From an uncultured Bacteroides sp. (GTDB taxonomy: Bacteria; Bacteroidota; Bacteroidia; Bacteroidales; JACABE01), in NCBI GenBank assembly GCA_964496885.1, contig CAZCBG010000004.1, forward strand, positions 16,455-80,454: DNA of 64,000 nucleotides. Reading direction: 5' to 3'. Position numbers and translations under genes: made by a program. This document shows, one piece after another, positions 63,304-64,000 of the stretch (positions are counted from its first letter, which is position 1; every line of letters begins with the position of its first letter). The notes under the pieces were generated by a model. The model did not search any database. It saw only the letters and a list, made by a program, of their open reading frames with translations, and was not told the DNA's origin.

Positions 63304-64000
63304 TTAAAGTTTATAATTTATCATTATTTCAGCCCCTTTCATCAAAACATACATTTCTGCTGCAAAGTCAAAGTAAGCCTCTTTTACACAGCCAGCTTTG
63401 AAAACGACTTTTCCAACTTCGAACTTAGCCCCACTGATTTCCGCCAAAATCTGATCGGTTTCATAAATAAAGTTATTGTTGAAAGAAGTAAGTGTTTTGA
63501 TAGCTTCCTTTTCTTTGAAAATTAATACATTTCTATCTTTTAGTTTATTCATAAAATAACCTGATTCGGCATCTTTAAAGCTCATAACGCTCAGATAAAA
63601 ATGAGGTTTATCTTTGTATGGAGCACCAGAAGATGGACAAAAGGTTTGGCAATTGCCACATTCATTACAGAAATCAGCAATATTGAGAATTTGAATATTT
63701 TGTTTGATCTCTATAATTTTATTAGCTTCAAGCACGATTCCATTTTCAGTGGCAATTGCTTTAGGCAAAAGAATAATTTGAGGTTCAACCTGGTAAGCAT
63801 AATTGGCAAAATTAGGACAAACCGTTACACAAATATTACAAACTTCGTCGCAAAACAAACAGCGAGCGGCTTCAGTAACAGCTTCATGTTCAGTCAAGGG
63901 AAAATCAACGGCTTCAAAATTTCGTCTTAGTTCTACAGGCTTTTCGTGGGAAGGTTCGCTTTTAACACGTTTTGACTTTTTTATCATCAATTCGTGATAC
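63304..64000 (-). CDS. C-terminal part of a YgfK-like Fe-S (flavo)protein, truncated by the window edge
   Basis: The frame stays open through 64000 (..YHE before the first Met of the track ORF), so the gene probably starts outside the window. Two 4Fe-4S motifs (CLFCDEVCNICVTVCP; FCNECGNCQTFCP..PYKDK) match my recollection of the YgfK C-terminus. Confidence 0.55.
   Translation of the reverse strand, partial: YHELMIKKSKRVKSEPSHEKPVELRRNFEAVDFPLTEHEAVTEAARCLFCDEVCNICVTVCPNFANYAYQVEPQIILLPKAIATENGIVLEANKIIEIKQNIQILNIADFCNECGNCQTFCPSSGAPYKDKPHFYLSVMSFKDAESGYFMNKLKDRNVLIFKEKEAIKTLTSFNNNFIYETDQILAEISGAKFEVGKVVFKAGCVKEAYFDFAAEMYVLMKGAEIMINYKL

Noticed and set aside
1-64000. Scan for tRNA, rRNA, tmRNA, transposase, integrase, phage, toxin-antitoxin or known defence-system genes.
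   Set aside because: None recognised. No GTTCGAATC-type T-arm contexts appear in the spacers, no IS-like ORFs, and no nuclease/ATPase/methyltransferase clusters. The eye-scan could miss small or divergent RNAs. tRNAscan-SE, Infernal and DefenseFinder would settle it.

Overview
AT-rich chromosomal segment, by eye about one-third G+C (not computed), from a Bacteroidota-type bacterium. Lineage evidence: T9SS C-terminal sorting tails, DUF4199/DUF1573/CarboxypepD_reg-type families, and the Bacteroidota -7 promoter box TAnnTTTG 15-70 nt upstream of more than 20 start codons. I call 51 protein genes plus one doubtful 40-aa sORF. I saw no rRNA, tRNA, CRISPR, transposase, integrase, phage or recognisable defence genes, so this reads as core chromosome rather than an island. 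Content: two TorF-like porin paralogs plus an ammonium transporter; a five-gene minus-strand unit (two DUF1566 surface proteins, a TonB-dependent barrel, a LytS/LytTR two-component system); a sensor cluster (Cache-HAMP-HisKA_3 kinase, a 1617-aa PocR/8xPAS hybrid kinase, a NarL-type regulator); housekeeping genes (DEAD-box helicase, gmhA/gmhB, PMM, mltG, rnz, rpsA, ribH, fmt, HU, GH3/beta-lactamase fusion); a carbamate kinase plus canonical OTC pair; an SsnA-like amidohydrolase plus a fused Fe-S/Mo hydroxylase; and, at the right edge, two fold-type-II PLP enzymes beside a truncated YgfK-like Fe-S protein. The best candidates for under-described biology are the DUF1566/TBDR/LytTR unit, the scattered selenium-dependent-hydroxylase-type (ygfK/ssnA/xdhD-like) genes with the unusual PLP pair, a membrane-anchored Cys/His-rich mini-protein, an apparently exported MORN protein with a LytTR-like domain, a triad-less alpha/beta-fold protein, and two families of intergenic repeats. 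I found no clear-cut novel system. All family assignments come from motifs read by eye and recall, with no database search.
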